Shown here piece after piece: positions 37,924 to 51,400 of a stretch of DNA of 64,000 bases; the stretch's first letter is position 1, and each line of letters starts with the position of its first letter. The notes under the pieces are model-generated. The model was not told where the DNA came from and did not search any database. It worked only from the letters and a program-made list of their open reading frames with translations. The position numbers and the translations under genes were made by a program. The DNA comes from Oikopleura dioica (taxonomy: Eukaryota > Animalia > Chordata): assembly GCA_907165135.1 (NCBI GenBank), contig OU015566.1, positions 11,346,001 to 11,410,000 of the forward strand, given 5' to 3'.

Positions 37924-40088
37924 ATTCTATCTTCTTCTTTTTATCGTTATTGGATAACTTGATGGAAAAATCTGAGATTTCATGATTTTATAAGCCGTTG
38001 CTCTGAGCGCGCCACCGCGTGTCACTTCTTCCGCGTACCCGCATTCCCCCCGCAAAGTACTTTTGATAGCAGTTATTCGCAGTCAAATCTGACTGAGAAA
38101 AAACTTGAGGCTGACGTATGATCTAACACGTAAAAAACCTTGTGAATATCAAAATCACTACCGGCTATAAATTGGTTTATGTTTCCAAGCGAACTTTTCT
38201 GATGTTTTTATGATAATGATCAACTAAAACCGCGAAAAGAAAAAAAATCCCATTTCGCTCGTATAAAGGACAAAGATTTCCATTCATCGCTTGACAAAGC
38301 GAGCGATGAAAAAGCTTTACGTTTTTGGATTTTTCGGTAATAAAAATCTTCGTTTTTGCGAGAGAAAATGCTGTTTTTAGCGTGGGTCTACTTGGGCGTT
38401 GGAAGTTGTCCCTGGAGCTTGATCGGTGACACGGCTTTTGCTGGTGAATTGAGTGTGCTGAGTAGAACGGCGATTTACACGAATATTGCGAGTTTTTTGG
38501 TCATTTTGATGACCACGATCAATGGAACTTGCACCAGCGCTGTCAAAAGTATGTTGTGTGTGAACTTGAAACGATCATTTTCTTTCTTAGCTGGGATGAA
38601 GAGGTTTTATTTCCCAATAATTTGCATCTCCTCTCAATTTGCATGCGTCTCGAGCTCAGCCATCCTCGTCGAGATCCTCAAATCGCCAGAAGCGTTTTCA
38701 AAGAATTTATGGGTCTTTGAAATTTATCGAAGCTCAATAAGTAAGGTTTTTTACCATAAAAGTAGATAAACGTTTAATAGATTGGATTGTGTCAATGTCT
38801 GTTTGTCTTGGTAGCCTGGTGAAAATAACGATGGACAGCATCGAGACTGATTTGATCAAAACTGAACGATATAGGGACGGATCAAAAGTTTTTGAAGAAT
38901 AATTTATGCATTCAATTATTGATGGTACCCTATTCTGATCCGAAAACAGCGACCCTAATAACAATGATAATAAGGAAGACTTACCATATCGAGCTTCAGC
39001 TATGAACTCGATAGTTTAGCGTTTACTCTTGATTTTCGATACGTTACTGCCACCACTAGATTGAAATTTATCTATTTAATAAAGCCACAGAATTGATTTG
39101 ACATGAACTAACTTCAACTTGACGTCAGAATTTATCAAGAACATCTTGGCCTTTATAAAAAAATTCTGTTTCTAAAATCAATTTCATAAATTTTCATTTT
39201 GAATTGATTTGAACGCGATAGCTACAAGACTACAGCGCGAGAGCACTTTGTAAGACACCGATAATTTTTATGAAGAAAGAAAACGCTGAGCAGTTTGAGC
39301 AGCAGGAATGCAGGTGTGTTTATAACTCATGCTCTAAGATTTCTAACGCATTTTGGAAGGGTTGAAATTTTCATGATAACGTGCTGGCCCAAACTTCAGC
39401 TGGAAATTCAATAGAAGACAGTACATATCACCCGTAACATCTGAGCTTTTCACACACTATAGTTTCAAAATAATTCACCTTTTATTCAGCTTTATGGACC
39501 TTTTTTCAAAAACAGAGCAAAATTTTCTATGACGCCTTTCAACTAAATATTATCATGCCTCCTTTCGCCGGCTGAATTTCAGGAATTCTTCGCTCTTCAA
39601 ACTCTTGATATCCAGTGTCGTCTTACGTAGATTCTTCGTCCTTTGAAATAAATGAAGATTTCTAAGAGGCATAATATCAAACACAGAAAAACATGGCACT
39701 GGAAGAGAAGGTGTGTGTTTTTATGAAACGTCTACCATCATGGCCAAGTGTAAATTAAAAATGACATCACTCGGACCAAAATTAAAATTGGAGAAATTCC
39801 AGAGCCAGATTAAACTAGCCATGAGTACGAAAGTTTACGACTTCAACAACAAGTCATTTTTGCAAGAATCGATGAAGTCACCTTAGGCTTTATTGAGTTG
39901 GCATCTCTTAGCACAGAATAAACACTGAGCACCATCAGTTGTACAGGGTCAGTACAATAGAAAAGAAAAAAATAGACTGCAGTAGAAAAGAAAGGAATAA
40001 GATCAGTTATTGAACAAGTAGTGATTATCTTTTGTTTTGTTTTTGAATGTAAGCAAAATTCGACTATAAAGAATAAATAGATATTAGG

Positions 40089-43000
40089 CTAGTATTTTGA
40101 GCTGTCTTTCAGGAGCTCGTGCATTTTTCGCACGCAATCGGCGGGGAAGTCGGCGTTCGGGCGGAAGATGCAGGTGTCAGTGGAGATGAAGCGCGTTGCA
40201 TCCGATACTGCAGGTCGAACATGAGGTAGTCTTGAGAAAATTTGAATGGCAGTTGAATTTGTTGTACTTACGAGCAAGAGCGTTGGAGCCATTCTTGACT
40301 TGTTCTCCTAAACTTGGCCGCGTCCTGCACTGCCACCACCTGGTTGTACGATTCGAACATTTTCCTCATTATCAAGTAAAAAGGAAAAAATTTGTAGTTT
40401 TGCTCAGTTCGCGCGGCAACGTACTGGAGAAATTCTCTGTGATTTTTATCACTTCGAACTTTTGAAAGAGGAAATCCAGTTTCCGGGAGTTGTTCCTAGA
40501 ATAAAAAATATCCAGCTTATGAGATCATAAAAGATGTACCTGAGCGCATGAAATCTGTCTTTGAAGATTTTCACATTCTCTCCTCAGTAAGTCGATTTCT
40601 TGCTGCTTTCGCTTTTTCTCCATCTGATGGCGAATGATGGTGTCTTTTGCCTTCATCAAAAGTCCTGCTTTTGAGATTTTCGTTGGCACTGAATGACCAG
40701 GGGTGTTGTTTGCCATGGTTTCGTTGAGAAGAGCTTCAAGATGGTCAAACCCTTGTTTCATTGTGGATCTTCTTCGACGCTCGGCACTTTGTTCCTAGAG
40801 GACTTTTAGCTATCAGCAAATAGTGATATTACGAAGAATAAATTCTAATTTTCGGTTAATTTTTAAGGACATCTATAAAATAAAATATCACCATTATAAA
40901 TTGAAGAATCTCGAAATTCATAAGTTTGGCCACCATATCATGACAGACACCATATTTCACCTTTCACCATTTTTATCTTACAGTTTTTACTACGATCTCT
41001 TCCTTGACCTCTTGACTTACGTCTTCCTGCGCCTGTTGATACTGTTGGACATTTATGCCGTTATCTTGACTCATTCCGTTGTCGATTTCTGTCTTCTGCT
41101 CATAATCATTGTTTCCGTATTGACTACTCTGAGCTTGAGGCTGGTAAGAGTCAGTCGCTGAGTTGGATATTCTCACTGCGTGACTATCTTTCGTTTGGCT
41201 GAAGATGACATTTTTTGAGACACTGTCTCCGCGAATCTGAGCGTAAGATCCATCTTCAAGGAGCTAAAAAATTTTCATGATCTCCGCTTTCATAAAGACA
41301 GCCATATTAAGAATTGATTTACCTGTAGTAGAACAATTTGCTTTCCATCTGGCAGTATCACGTGACTCTCACGATCAATTTGGTCAATAGGAACGGTACC
41401 AATCTCCTCAATCGGAAGATCCATTTCGGAGTTGACCCGGACCCGGGATGGTGCCATTTGTTGCTGCGTTTGCTGAGGTGGCTCGAATTGCGTTTGAGGT
41501 AAGGGCGGTCGTAATGGCGGAGGTTGTCTTTTTCATGTTTCAAATTTTGCTGTTTTGTAAAAATGTTTTTTATGAAATGATGAAATCTTTCCTGTTAGGT
41601 TGGCTGTACTCCATTGCCATGGGTTCCTGAGCTTGTTGTTGTTGATGCTGAATGTGACGTTGAGGTGCAAGGGTTTGTTGGATCGGTTGTTGGAGCGTTC
41701 GGGGTGACTCGGATTGGATATACACAGGCATATTCTTTGAAGCAGCCTGAAAGTTATGTAATAGACGCTCAACGATTTAAGGGAAAGCCTTTGCGTCTGA
41801 ACAATGGTCTACTCTCTCTTTGTCAACTAATATTTTACAACAAGACCAAGTTTTTTTGAACGAAGATTCAAAAGTCTGCATGATCATCTGACGAAATTCT
41901 AACGTGCAATTTGACCTATGATCTTGGACAGGAAAGAGCGTTCAACAACTCAACTCAAATGTTTTCAAGTTTTCAGTTATTTTTTGCCGTTTATTTCGAA
42001 CGTACCTGGTATCGATGGTTTTGGTTTTCGCTGTTTTTGCTGTTGAATGGTGAGTCGTATGGAGCATGCTCACTGTTTTTCGGATCTAAAGGACGTCTGA
42101 ATTTGGGTGGCAGTAGGTTTACGCTTTTTTTGAAGTTTTTAGGGCTAAAGGGGGAGATTTCGTGGAGAGTGAGGTTCACCACGCTTTCGAGGTCTTTCGG
42201 GCACATGCTCTCAAGTTGGTTGGACTTGGAGTTCCAAAGTTGGGAGAATCTCAATCTCGTGCTCGTTGAAGTTCTCAAAGTTATCTCGCCTTCATCCAGC
42301 GAAACTGGAGGATAGTCAGGCGCCATCAGCAGTTATGCTGCTGCATATTGCGCAACACTGGCGCCCTTGCAAGCTGATATTATCCCCTTATCTAAAAGTT
42401 GGAAATTGGAAGAGTTTACGAAGAGTCAATCCAAGATCAACCCAAAAGAACTACAAGAGAAACTACAGCTACTGCACCGCCAGTGTTATAATACCATTAA
42501 AGATATTATACTCACATAAGAAGTCCATCGACTCCATTGGATCCATACCAATGTCGTTGAGAAAACCTTGGCCGTTATCCGAAAGAAAACCAAATGATTC
42601 CATGTTGAAGAAACTATCCGTTGGGATAGCATTAGAAATCTTTCAGTGGGTTTCTTATGAACATCGATAAAATCAAATGAAACATGGTCTTTAGCTTGTT
42701 GAAACCCTTGGCAAAGAATCGGGAATATCGTAAAAATGGCCAGAATCGATAACAAGCGCGTTGTCCAAGGGTTGCGTGTCCACAATGGGCACTGCCGGAA
42801 AAGGCTTCTGTTTCAGCCGCTTTAGAGAGCGTTCTGCTTGTTTCCAAAAGAATTTACGCCACGTTTTGTACTCGTCGATTACTGCCTAAAAATTGGTCTT
42901 ACTTTAAATTTAATGACGATCTTCAAATCTGAGTCTTGGAGACAAATTAATGATGAAACTGAATATTAATTTTAATGATCTTCAAACAGCTCGGAGCTAG

Positions 43001-44201
43001 ACTTAACGATTAGATTATGCTAAGAATACGACAAGGGAGACTTTGCTGGTTGGCTCAGCCCCTAAAGAAACAATTTAACTGTGTCTACTTCAGAGGCGAT
43101 CCTCTTTTTTTCAAAAAAAAATCGATTGATTAGAATTTATACCTATCATTTCTTATATTTTTAGGAAAAAATGAGATTCTCGAAGACATTTATCTATTGA
43201 ATTATAAAAACGGTCTAGCCTTCCCCTTAATTCGACGACGATGTTTGAGCCTCGGGGTCGGCCTCGGCCTCAATTCGAGTTACGCCATTCTATCGTAACA
43301 CCCATATAACTATCCTTTCTTTGGCGACCACGTGTATCGCGAGAAAAGAAATGCCGGGCTTTGGAATCAAGGAAGAGTACCTGAATCTGCTGACGCCAGT
43401 AATTGCCTTCTAGCAAGTGAACGTCTGGTTTTGCAGTGTAATCAGCTGAGTCTAGTGGTGTGACGAACTCGATCAGCTTCTTTCTTTTAATTTTGGAGAG
43501 CCCATCGAGATCTTGAAAATATATTGAAACCTGGGTTTTATTAGTATTGTTAGCTAAAGTAAGTATAATAAAATCATAAGATTTCCATGGAAGCGCGAAA
43601 ATTCTTCACAGGAAAGCTCACGTGAGGGTACACTTCCTTACCAACTCTGCTGTCTAACTTACATTGAATGTGCCAAGTTCGCCAGATGGCATTATTGAGG
43701 CGGATGCGATCCTTGAGGCGGATGTTCATGTTGTTGAACTTTTTCCATCTCGGAGTTGTGACACCATGTCTAAGGAAGAGTATTTTAAAGAATTAATGAT
43801 TCAACTCAATGGATGATTTTTACTACTCTTAGAAGATCTATCCTAGCCCTAACCCTGACTGTTCTATTTGAACATATTCACGAAGAGGTAAATATGCGAA
43901 AATGGGGAAAACCCCGATCAATCTCAGTTAATTTACCCTTGAACCTTCTGTTAACAAGTTTCGATTGCATAATCTATTGTTACGTAAATTCTAGTTAATA
44001 ATTACTTGAACGCAGTATTCATACAGTCGAACAAGTCCTGAAGATTTCGCTCGAACGTGGGCCTTCCATCGCGTCTTGGGGTCTAAATGGAGGTTGTCAG
44101 GGACTAAGAACGTCTACGAAGGGTACCATAAAACCGGTAGGATCGGCATGGGGGTCGACGACCATAAAGTTGCCACTAGAGATGACATTTTGCTTATCCA
44201 T
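40089..44201 (-). CDS. MLXIP: Mondo family bHLH-ZIP transcription factor (MondoA/ChREBP)
   Basis: Mondo conserved regions VISSGNFMV, LQDLFDCM, TPRWKKF...DRIRLNNAIWRTWHIQ and LEGNYWR; bHLH SAERRRRSTMKQGFDHL...ISKAGLL; C-terminal LPHVRPAV. Confidence 0.92.
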
Positions 44202-44898
44202 CGTGTTGTATGCTCTAATTGGCTGCACGGGGGGCTCCCGCGCGCCACCACCAGCAAAAGGGATCGAGGGGAGCTCGCCGACGATGAGTCAGTGTCACTT
44301 GCAGCGAGAAAATCGGGCGCGCGTCTCTGCTTGAAAAAAGGCGAAAAAAGTAAGTCTGGTCACTCACGCGACGGATGATATCCACGCAGGCCCCTTGTGA
44401 GCCAGAGCGCCGCAGTGCGCTAAACGCCTACGCCCACGCCAAATCCTCTCCACGCAAAGTCAACTCAAGGCGCGCCCGGATGACCCTGGAAATCTCTTCC
44501 AGCTAAAAAGTCCTCCGTCAAAATTAACTTGCCAATTTCGGAAGATTTCAGCGGTAGCTCAAGAAAGTCTCTTTTCAAGACATTTCTATTCTGTGAATCG
44601 GCGAATTAAGGGTTAGAGAGAATTTTTTTTATTAAAATAATTGAGAACCTAATTCAATTATTTAGCAATAAATATCAAAAAATCAAGAGTCCAAAAATAC
44701 GATTGTTTAAAAATTTATTCAGTTTTATCTCTCTCAGACTGAATGACGAAAAAATAACTTTTCTTTCTTTCTCCCTCTCAGAAAAGTTATCATATGGAAT
44801 GGCGAAGAAAGCGAAATACACAGTAAAATATAACATTTGGTTAGTAACGAAAAAGAAGCTTTACATGTCGGGAACCACTTGGGTGATTATTGTTGACT

Positions 44899-47102
44899 CT
44901 AAAGTTGATCAGCGAGGAACTGCTTGCCGATCTTTTCGACAAGACTTCGGAGAAGAACAACGTCGGCTTTCTTGTTTGGTCCGGGTGGACCTTGGAAGCC
45001 TTGAGGACCGGGCTTTCCATCCGGGCCCTTTCGACCTTGTGGTCCGGGTTTGCCATCAGCTCCTACGTAAATTGTATAACTTCGGGTTTACTATAATAAA
45101 TTACCAGTAGCACCGCGGGGACCAGGATTTCCAACCGGGCCGTCAGGTCCAGGGGCACCGTCTTCACCATCATCACCATCTGGACCAGGTAGACCTGGGG
45201 CACCATTGGGCCCAGGAACGCCATCGCGGCCATTGACAGTTGGTCCTCGTGGACCCGCAGGTCCTTGTGGTCCATCAGGACCAGGTTTGCCAGGAGCTCC
45301 CATTGGTCCAGTAGAACCTTTTACATTTAGTCAATTTTGAAAATAAATTTGATCTTACCTTCGGGTCCTCTTGCACCATCTTTTCCGTTTGGTCCGCGCT
45401 GTCCAGGTGAACCTTGGCGACCTTGTTCTCCTTGTGCTCCAGCAGGTCCATCAGCACCTGGTGGTCCTGGAGGTCCGCATTCGCCGTCTAATCCGTCAGC
45501 ACCGTCGAGGCCATTTTTACCAGGCATGCCTGGAAGACCAGGAATACCATCAGGTCCTTGAGGACCTGGACCTCCGTCGGGAGCTCGAACGTTTTCTCCA
45601 GGGATTCCGTCAGGACCAGGTCGACCTTCTTTTCCGGCTTCTCCGTCAGGACCGTCCTGACCATCACGTCCAGGATCACCGTCGCGACCGCGCTCACCAT
45701 CTCTTCCGGGTTCACCTCGCTCCCCATCTCGTCCACGCGGTCCCGGTGGTCCTTCAGGTCCTTGATCACCTCGACGTCCTTGTCCTGGTTCTCCAGGGGT
45801 CCAACTGGTCCTCTTGGACCCTCAGGACCTTGTTCACCGGCTGGACCAGGTAGACCAGCATCTCCGTCGGCACCATCAATACCTGGCTGACCTCTGTTAC
45901 CTTGAGGCCCTCGCTCACCGGGCTCTCCAGGTTCACCACGCCGACCAGGTCGACCTCTTTCTCCTTCTCTGCCATCTTCCCCATCTTTGCCAGGGGCACC
46001 AGGAGGACCACGAATACCAGGAAGCCCTTTGTCATGGTTTTCTGGAATATCAACTTCGAAATCACAGACATAGGTTACTGGAGGACACTCATCATCAGTT
46101 TCGCCAATCACAGGAGCTTCTTCGACCATTTCTTGAGCCATTTCTCGGAATCTTGTTCCAGAAAGGTCTTCAGGGTAGACATAAAACTCAACAGATCGAT
46201 CTTGCGAGGTAAATTCTTGAAGAGCAAGTTTGTTTGGACAGTCACGGAAGGGATTTGCTCGGTCGGCGTCGTCGCAGTAGGTCAAAGGGACAAACCAGGT
46301 ATCGTACTCGTCAAGGAACTCCTTACCATTTCCAAGTACTTCCTGAGAATATTTTCCGTTGGAAATGATCACAACAGTAGCCTCTTCGTCGGAATTTGAG
46401 TATGTTCGGAAGTGAGACTTCGCTTCGTTTAGTGCCAATCTCATGTCAACACCTATTGCAAAAAATAGTCAAAGTCATAAAATTGCTCGAAAACCTTGTC
46501 CAAGATAAGAAATTTCTTCGGCCACATTCTCCGCCAACAGCTCATCACTTGTGTAAACCTTGTTGTCTCCAACATACTCGAAGCTGTTGGAAAAAACGGA
46601 GATAGAGTATTTGTAGTTTGTGGCGCCTTGAGCGTCAATATTGGCGACAAGAGTTGATACGGTTCGTTTGACTAATGTAAAGTTGTAAAAGCCGTAAAAT
46701 TGATGTATTTCCGGGCGTACCGTATGGAAGAAATTTATCGATGCAAATTGATGAGTCGATTACAAATAGGACATGACGCGGCTTTTGCTCGGGACGAGCG
46801 GCTTTGCAATTGCCGTTTGACTGGATAACTTCATCTTTCAAGAGTCATTTTGATATTTTTCGGTAAATTGAACCTCTTTACAGTACTCATACGGTATCTA
46901 AGATAAAAATTCATGACTCTTTCCGAATGGAACTTCGATTGCTCTCTTCGCCCTGTGTTTAGTAACAGCGTTCTTTGAACCCTTAATACTTATTAAATTC
47001 AATAAATTCAAGCCCTAAAACCCGTCCGATAATATCTCCAATGTTCCATGTCCAGGCGTCTCCCGTCGCCAGCAGCGTCGTGAAAAAAGGAGCAAGTTTC
47101 AT
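44899..47102 (-). CDS. Short-chain collagen with N-terminal vWA domain; one apparent 1-bp frameshift
   Basis: Signal peptide [16 protein letters not shown] and vWA motifs HVLFVIDSS and VVIISNG precede ~300 aa of interrupted Gly-X-Y and a short C-terminal tail. The frame break is at the G4 run 45796-45799. Confidence 0.85.
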
Positions 47103-47336
47103 CTCAAGTGGCGAATTTGAGTTTTTCGCCGGTACTTGAACTCTCTCTCAATTTCGCTTTTAGCGAATTGACGAGCAGATTGATTAGCCATGGAATTATT
47201 AGGATCGTAATAAACAGCGTCGATAACCAACTGATTTACGATGTATTAAATTCACGTCCAAACTGCTCTGCTTGGAATTTTTGGCTTATTTATGATTGAT
47301 TTTTTCCTTTATTTGCTGATCGATGTACTAAATTAA

Positions 47337-47930
47337 GGGAATGACGACTAGGTTCGTGAGGACTAGGTTCGTGTGACTAGGTTCGTGGTGGGTTCTGCCA
47401 GACTATTGAAATCGGCCTATATTTTGGGGCAGTAAGGGAAATGGGTTGATGACTAGGTTCGTGTGACTAGGTTCGTGAGATTTTAAAATTTAAATAGAAA
47501 AATTTTGGGGCAGTAAGGGAAATGGGTTGATGACTAGGTTCGTGTGACTAGGTTCGTGTGACTAGGTTCGTGAAATTTGAAAAATGAAAAAATGTGGGAC
47601 TATATTTGCCAAATGAGGCCTCCACGAACCTTGTCTCACGAACCTAGTCTTCACGAACCAAGTCTTCACGAACCTAGTCACACGAACCTAGTCATCAAGC
47701 CATTTCCTTTACTGCCCCAAAATTTTTTCTAATTAAAATTTCACGAACCTAGTCACACGAACCTAGTCATCAACCCATTTCCCTTACTGCCCCAAAATGG
47801 TGAAGATACAAAAAATACATATAAAAATCCAATTTTCACGAACCTATTCACACGAACAATTTTTTCCGACATGGCACCCACGAACCTAGTTACACGAACC
47901 TAGTCCTCACGAACCTGGTCATCGGTCTCC
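47337..47930. mobile_element. Non-autonomous foldback/MITE DNA transposon (Merlin- or MULE-like), 594 bp
   Basis: Flanked by a TAAATTAA direct repeat (47329-47336 and 47931-47938) with GG...CC termini. The left arm has 8 copies of GACTAGGTTCGTG and the right arm ~12 inverted copies. Each arm carries two copies of TTTTGGGGCAGTAAGGGAAATGGGTTGA. Confidence 0.9.
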
Positions 47931-48484
47931 TAAATTAAATATCAAGATAAAATTCTGATTAACATTCAAAGCTTGCAGAGAGGCATCGCAAACCAAAAGA
48001 TTTTATGAAATGACAATCTTTTTTAGGATAGGTATAGTAGTTTATTGCAGAAAAAATCCGTCAGTCATAAGAGCAGTTAAATCTGTCCTCAACATAAAAA
48101 TATCCTTATCCGTCGTTTCGCGGCAAAAATTTCCAAAATAGAGCAGCGACGAACTATTGTGGAAACTGTCAGATGCCAGGACGCGATGAACTTTGACATT
48201 TTGCTGTTGAGTTGAAAGTAACGAGCATTCATCGTAGTACGTGAAGAGATACTCACAGCACCGTGCGCTGGAGCGATTCTCCTCCTTGATTCCCTTTTTT
48301 CGATCACCGAGACAATTCTTCAGGCCGCGATGCCACAACAAGAATTTTCTGATGCTGTGTGGGCGCGGAAAAATGTTCCTTCGCCCGGAAATAATGAAAG
48401 GTTGAAATTATGTTCTAAAAGATTCGTTTAAATTTTGGGATCCGAATTTCATATTTACCCATAATCGTTGTCAGTCCATTGCAT

Positions 48485-51400
48485 TTAGCCGTAGAAGCAG
48501 ATGTCGCTGATACTGTAGCCGTATTTCTGAAAATAATTGTTAGAAAATTCTGTTAGCGATCGCTCAAAAAATAAGTCTGCGAAATTAGTTCTGAATATCA
48601 ACTTACACCAGCGTTTTCGTCATTGATCTTAAAGTCGACAATTGGAAGGATATCGACGTCTCTGGTGTTGAAGTCAACGATGACCTGACCATCGGAGCTC
48701 TTGCCCTAGATTTGAAGTTAGAAAAAGTAATCGAAATACAAGACTTACAGAGCAGGAGTCCTCTGCGATGGCGAATCGAGTTTCTTCTGGTGAATAGGTC
48801 ACTTCGGTGTTGTCGTAAGACTTCATCGTCAGAGCGTTCGAGTAGTCCTGGGTAGTTTCGTCATACCATCCCACGGTGTTGTGGCAGGAAAGTGTGAACT
48901 TTTGCTCGGCCTTGGAGCTCAGTAGTCGCAAGAACTTGAACTGTGGCTCAGTGACATTGTAACCGATCTAAAATAGAAGGTTTTTGGAAGATCGGAATTG
49001 AAATCATTACCACGCCGCCGCCTTGCTTGTACTCAGAGAACCAGCTGCCTGGATTCTCTCCGGTCCATTTTCGCTTTCGGACAGAGCTCATTTCAGGGCT
49101 GATGCACGTAACACCGGCCTTTTCCATGTCACACTCGACCTTGATGGCGTCGCGGTTGCTTCCGCCGTTAGGATCGATCCAGTATTCACCTGGAATAATT
49201 TTATCGAATGATTATTCATTTTGCTTTACCTGAAGGCTTCTCTGGGTGACAAAGATGGAGATCTCTGCAAGATCGAGCAGGGTTCGTGATTGTACCCTGG
49301 GGTTCTTTCATCGTCTTAAAAGGGATTTTATCAACCAGTCGAGAATATCTATGATTACCTGGAGCTCGTCCTTGAGAGACTCAAGAGAAGAGAAGATTTC
49401 ATTGAGACCAGAGTCATGAGATCCGTAGTCGAGGTAAGACAAGTCAGAGCTATCAATGATGTCCAAGTACATTGGTTCAAAGCCTTCAATGACATCTCGT
49501 CGCTTTCTTGCCTTCATTGAGTTAGGAGCGGGAGCCATGATGGGAGGGCTTGGGGGTCCGGGAGGACCAGGAGGACCAGGTCGACCAGGTTCACCCTTTG
49601 GACCAGTAGGACCTTGAGAACCCTTTGGTCCGAGAAGACCTTGAGGACCAGGGTTACCCATGAGACCAGGAGGACCAGAATCACCAGCGTTACCGCGAGG
49701 TCCAGGCTCACCAGGCTCACCAATAGGACCCAAGTAACCTTGAGCACCTCGGTTACCCTGGGGACCTTCGGGACCAGGAGGACCAGTAAGACCAGTAAGA
49801 CCAGCGTGACCTTTGTCTCCTTTTGGTCCTGGCTCACCCTTCTGTCCAGCTGGACCGGGAAGACCAGCCATACCAGGAGCGCCATCGATACCAGGATCAC
49901 CACGAGCACCGTCAAGACCATTCTTGCCAGGAAGACCTTGGGTTCCTTGAACACCAGCGGGACCAGCATCACCAGGTCGGCCAGTTTTTCCAGGGACACC
50001 AGGCTGTCCTTCAGGTCCGGTATCTCCCTTAGAGCCCTTCTCGCCTTCTTTGCCTTCGCGGCCCTGAGGACCAGGCTCACCACGATCACCAGGAACACCA
50101 GCTGGTCCAGGATCACCTCGATCACCCTTGACACCGAGTGGACCTCGAAGACCTTCTTGACCAGGCTCACCCTTGTTTCCATTGATACCAGGGGGACCAA
50201 TTTGACCTTGGTCACCTTGATCTCCAGGTTGTCCAGGAGGACCGATTTGACCTTGCTCTCCTTGGTCACCAGGGGGACCTTGAGGACCAGCAGTACCTTG
50301 AGGGCCAGTTGCTCCGTCTTCTCCACGTGGGCCAACTTCTCCTTTTGGACCCATAGCACCGGGAATACCAGGAATACCAGCTGGGCCAGCTTCTCCTGGT
50401 TCACCCTTAGAGCCAGTTCGACCTTGAGGACCAGTGCTTCCAGGAGGACCTTGAGGTCCATCGGGACCCTTAGCACCTCTTGGACCAACTTTGCCAACAG
50501 GACCAGTAGGTCCAGCAGGACCTTGATCTCCAGGTTCACCTTTCAGTCCGCTAGCACCAGGAAGACCCTGTCCACCAGGTGGACCTTGTTCGCCTTGATA
50601 ACCTCGTTGACCTTGGTTACCCTTCTCGCCAATTGGACCTTGTGGACCAGGAATACCAGGAGAACCATCACTTCCAGGAGCACCTTGCTTGCCAGGAGGG
50701 CCGACAACACCAGGGTTTCCAGATGGACCGGAGTCACCTTTGTCACCTTTGGGTCCTTGCACGCCAGGCTTTCCAGGGTCACCAGTGTCACCGGCTTCTC
50801 CGGGAGGACCTTGGGGACCAAGCTCTCCAGGCTCACCACGATCGCCAGGAAGACCATCTCGTCCAGGTGGGCCAGGGATTCCAGGGCCACCAGGAATACC
50901 CTTCGCGCCAGCAGGTCCCATATCTCCAGAATTACCTCGAGGACCGGGAGGACCAGGTTCACCTTGCGAACCAGAAGGACCGCGAGGACCAATGCCACCT
51001 TGTCTGCCTTGCTCACCAGGAGGACCTTGTTCACCCTTTGATCCAGGAACACCAGCAGCGCCAGGCAAGCCGCGATCACCAGGGTTTCCTTGAATACCAG
51101 GCGATCCCATTGGACCAGATGGACCAGGAAGACCTCGGTCGCCCTTTGCACCAGGAACACCACGATCTCCAGGGTCGCCTCGATCACCAGGCTCACCGAT
51201 CTGACCAGGCTCACCAGGAATACCTTGTGGGCCCTTTTCACCAGTAGCACCAGCGGGACCGATGACACCTTGAGGACCCTGCTTTCCGATCTTTCCTTCG
51301 AAACCTTGTTCACCACGAACACCGGGATGTCCAGGGTTACCATTCTTTCCGGGAAGACCAGGGGGTCCCTTTTCTCCGTGGAAGCCTTGCTCACCAGGAG

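Noticed and set aside
38340-39200. Possible extra minus-strand gene between the PLA2-like gene and Mondo
   Set aside because: Splice-like signals are present, but every exon combination I tried hits stops. It could be non-coding or degenerate.
47337-47930. CRISPR-like array or telomeric repeat
   Set aside because: The units are 13-15 bp without unique spacers, arranged as inverted arms with a TSD, in a eukaryotic context with no cas genes.
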